In this document: piece by piece, positions 62,959 to 64,000 of the stretch
Numbering within the stretch: position 1 is the first letter of the stretch
Layout: the number at the start of each line of letters is the position of its first letter
NCBI RefSeq assembly: GCF_964188315.1
Contig: NC_135667.1
Coordinates: forward strand, 6,944,001-7,008,000
Reading direction: 5' to 3'
DNA: 64,000 nt
From: Podarcis muralis
Lineage: Eukaryota
Notes under the pieces: generated by a model
Database searches by the model: none
Seen by the model: only the letters and a program-made list of their open reading frames with translations
Told to the model about the DNA's origin: nothing
Program-made: the position numbers and the translations under genes

Positions 62959-63288
62959 ATGGATACCAGCCCCCCGACTCCGGACCCCGGGGGCCCGCGG
63001 AGGGACTTTGCGGTTTCTGATCAAGGACCCCCGTCTTTTGAGGGGCTTCTGGGGCGGCTGGGGGCTGGGGGGCGAAGGCAGCGCCTCCTCCTGGCCCTGA
63101 CCTGCCTGCCATGCCTCCTCCTGGGGCTCGGAGCCGGCTCAGACGCCCTCTTCACTCTGACGCCTCCACGCCACTGCCGGGATCCCAACAGCACCCAGTT
63201 CCCGGAGAACGCAACCTGCTGGGACCCCCGCTGCCACAGCTGGGAATACGGGGGCCTCCCGGCCCTCACCAACAATCCGGTGACCGAG
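62959..63288 (+). CDS. SLC22A17: SLC22A17 first coding exon (MDTSPP...PPSFEGLLGRLG...SDALFTLTPPRHC...WEYGGLPALTNNPVTE); gene continues beyond the window
   Basis: Matches human SFEGLLAQVG..., SDPIFTLAPPLHC, WDYNGLPVLTTNAIGQ; acceptor at 62948, |gtgaga donor. Confidence 0.9.
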
Positions 63289-63660
63289 GTGAGAGCCCCA
63301 AATCCCCTCTCGACGTTGCCACCCAGGTCCATTTCCTGGCCCCCCCCACCCTCGCTGTACCCAGGAGAGGCAGAAGGGTGCAGTGGTTCTCGTGCTAGAC
63401 CAAGGAGACCCGAGTTCGAATCCCCAGGAAGTTAACTGAGTGTGCTCTTGGGCCAGGCTACCTTACATGGAGGTTGTGTCTATAAAATGGACGGAGTAGG
63501 AATAACCAGTTATGCCTGTTCTTAGCTCTTTAAAGGAGGCAGACACACACATATATATAGTGCCAGAAACTTTCTTACAGAACATGTTCCTTCACTCCTA
63601 CACAAATTGGAGCCAATCCCCAAACTGGCTTTCAACGCTTGGCTCAACCTGAGTCACATG

Positions 63661-63707
<47 letters not shown>

Positions 63708-64000
63708 GGGAGATTGCATCTGAGCCGTAGTGACAGGAGTGCTCCTGAGCATGTATGGGGTATTATTCTCCCTGTTCCCGTCCCACTGGCAGATCCTGAA
63801 ACCAGGATCGGGGAACATGGGGGTCACACTTGCAGGTCACACTTGCCCCATCCTCCCTTCCAGCTCTTTGCCGTCTGCTGCCGCAATAATGCATCCATTC
63901 GGGGCTAATTTGACCCCGGACTTCTGGGATCTCAAATTTAGATCCTTGTTCATTTGGGGGTTATTGGTAACTTTTGCAACCCGTTTTTACATGCGAGCCA

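Overview
Vertebrate genomic DNA, probably a lacertid-type lizard (Sauria SINEs, BovB, L2/L1 and hAT/TcMar MITE landscape). The host genes follow the order of human 14q11.2: last three coding exons of a cardiac myosin heavy chain (MYH6-like, +), CMTM5 (-), IL25, EFS (+) and the first coding exon of SLC22A17 (+). The unusual part is 12-34 kb. An inverted segmental duplication (arm A ~12.0-21.1 kb, arm B ~26.0-33.6 kb, ~4.9 kb spacer) gives two intact, head-to-head, three-exon IL25 (IL-17E) paralogs of 175 and 178 aa. They are interleaved with at least six decayed, intronless ITPRIPL2-like (Mab-21 family) fragments arranged symmetrically around the centre. Each arm carries its own transposon insertions, which argues against an assembly artefact. 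A 1.4-kb hAT element that appears to carry a captured CpG-island/exon fragment sits upstream of EFS. All homology calls come from manual translation and recalled protein sequences; no searches were run.
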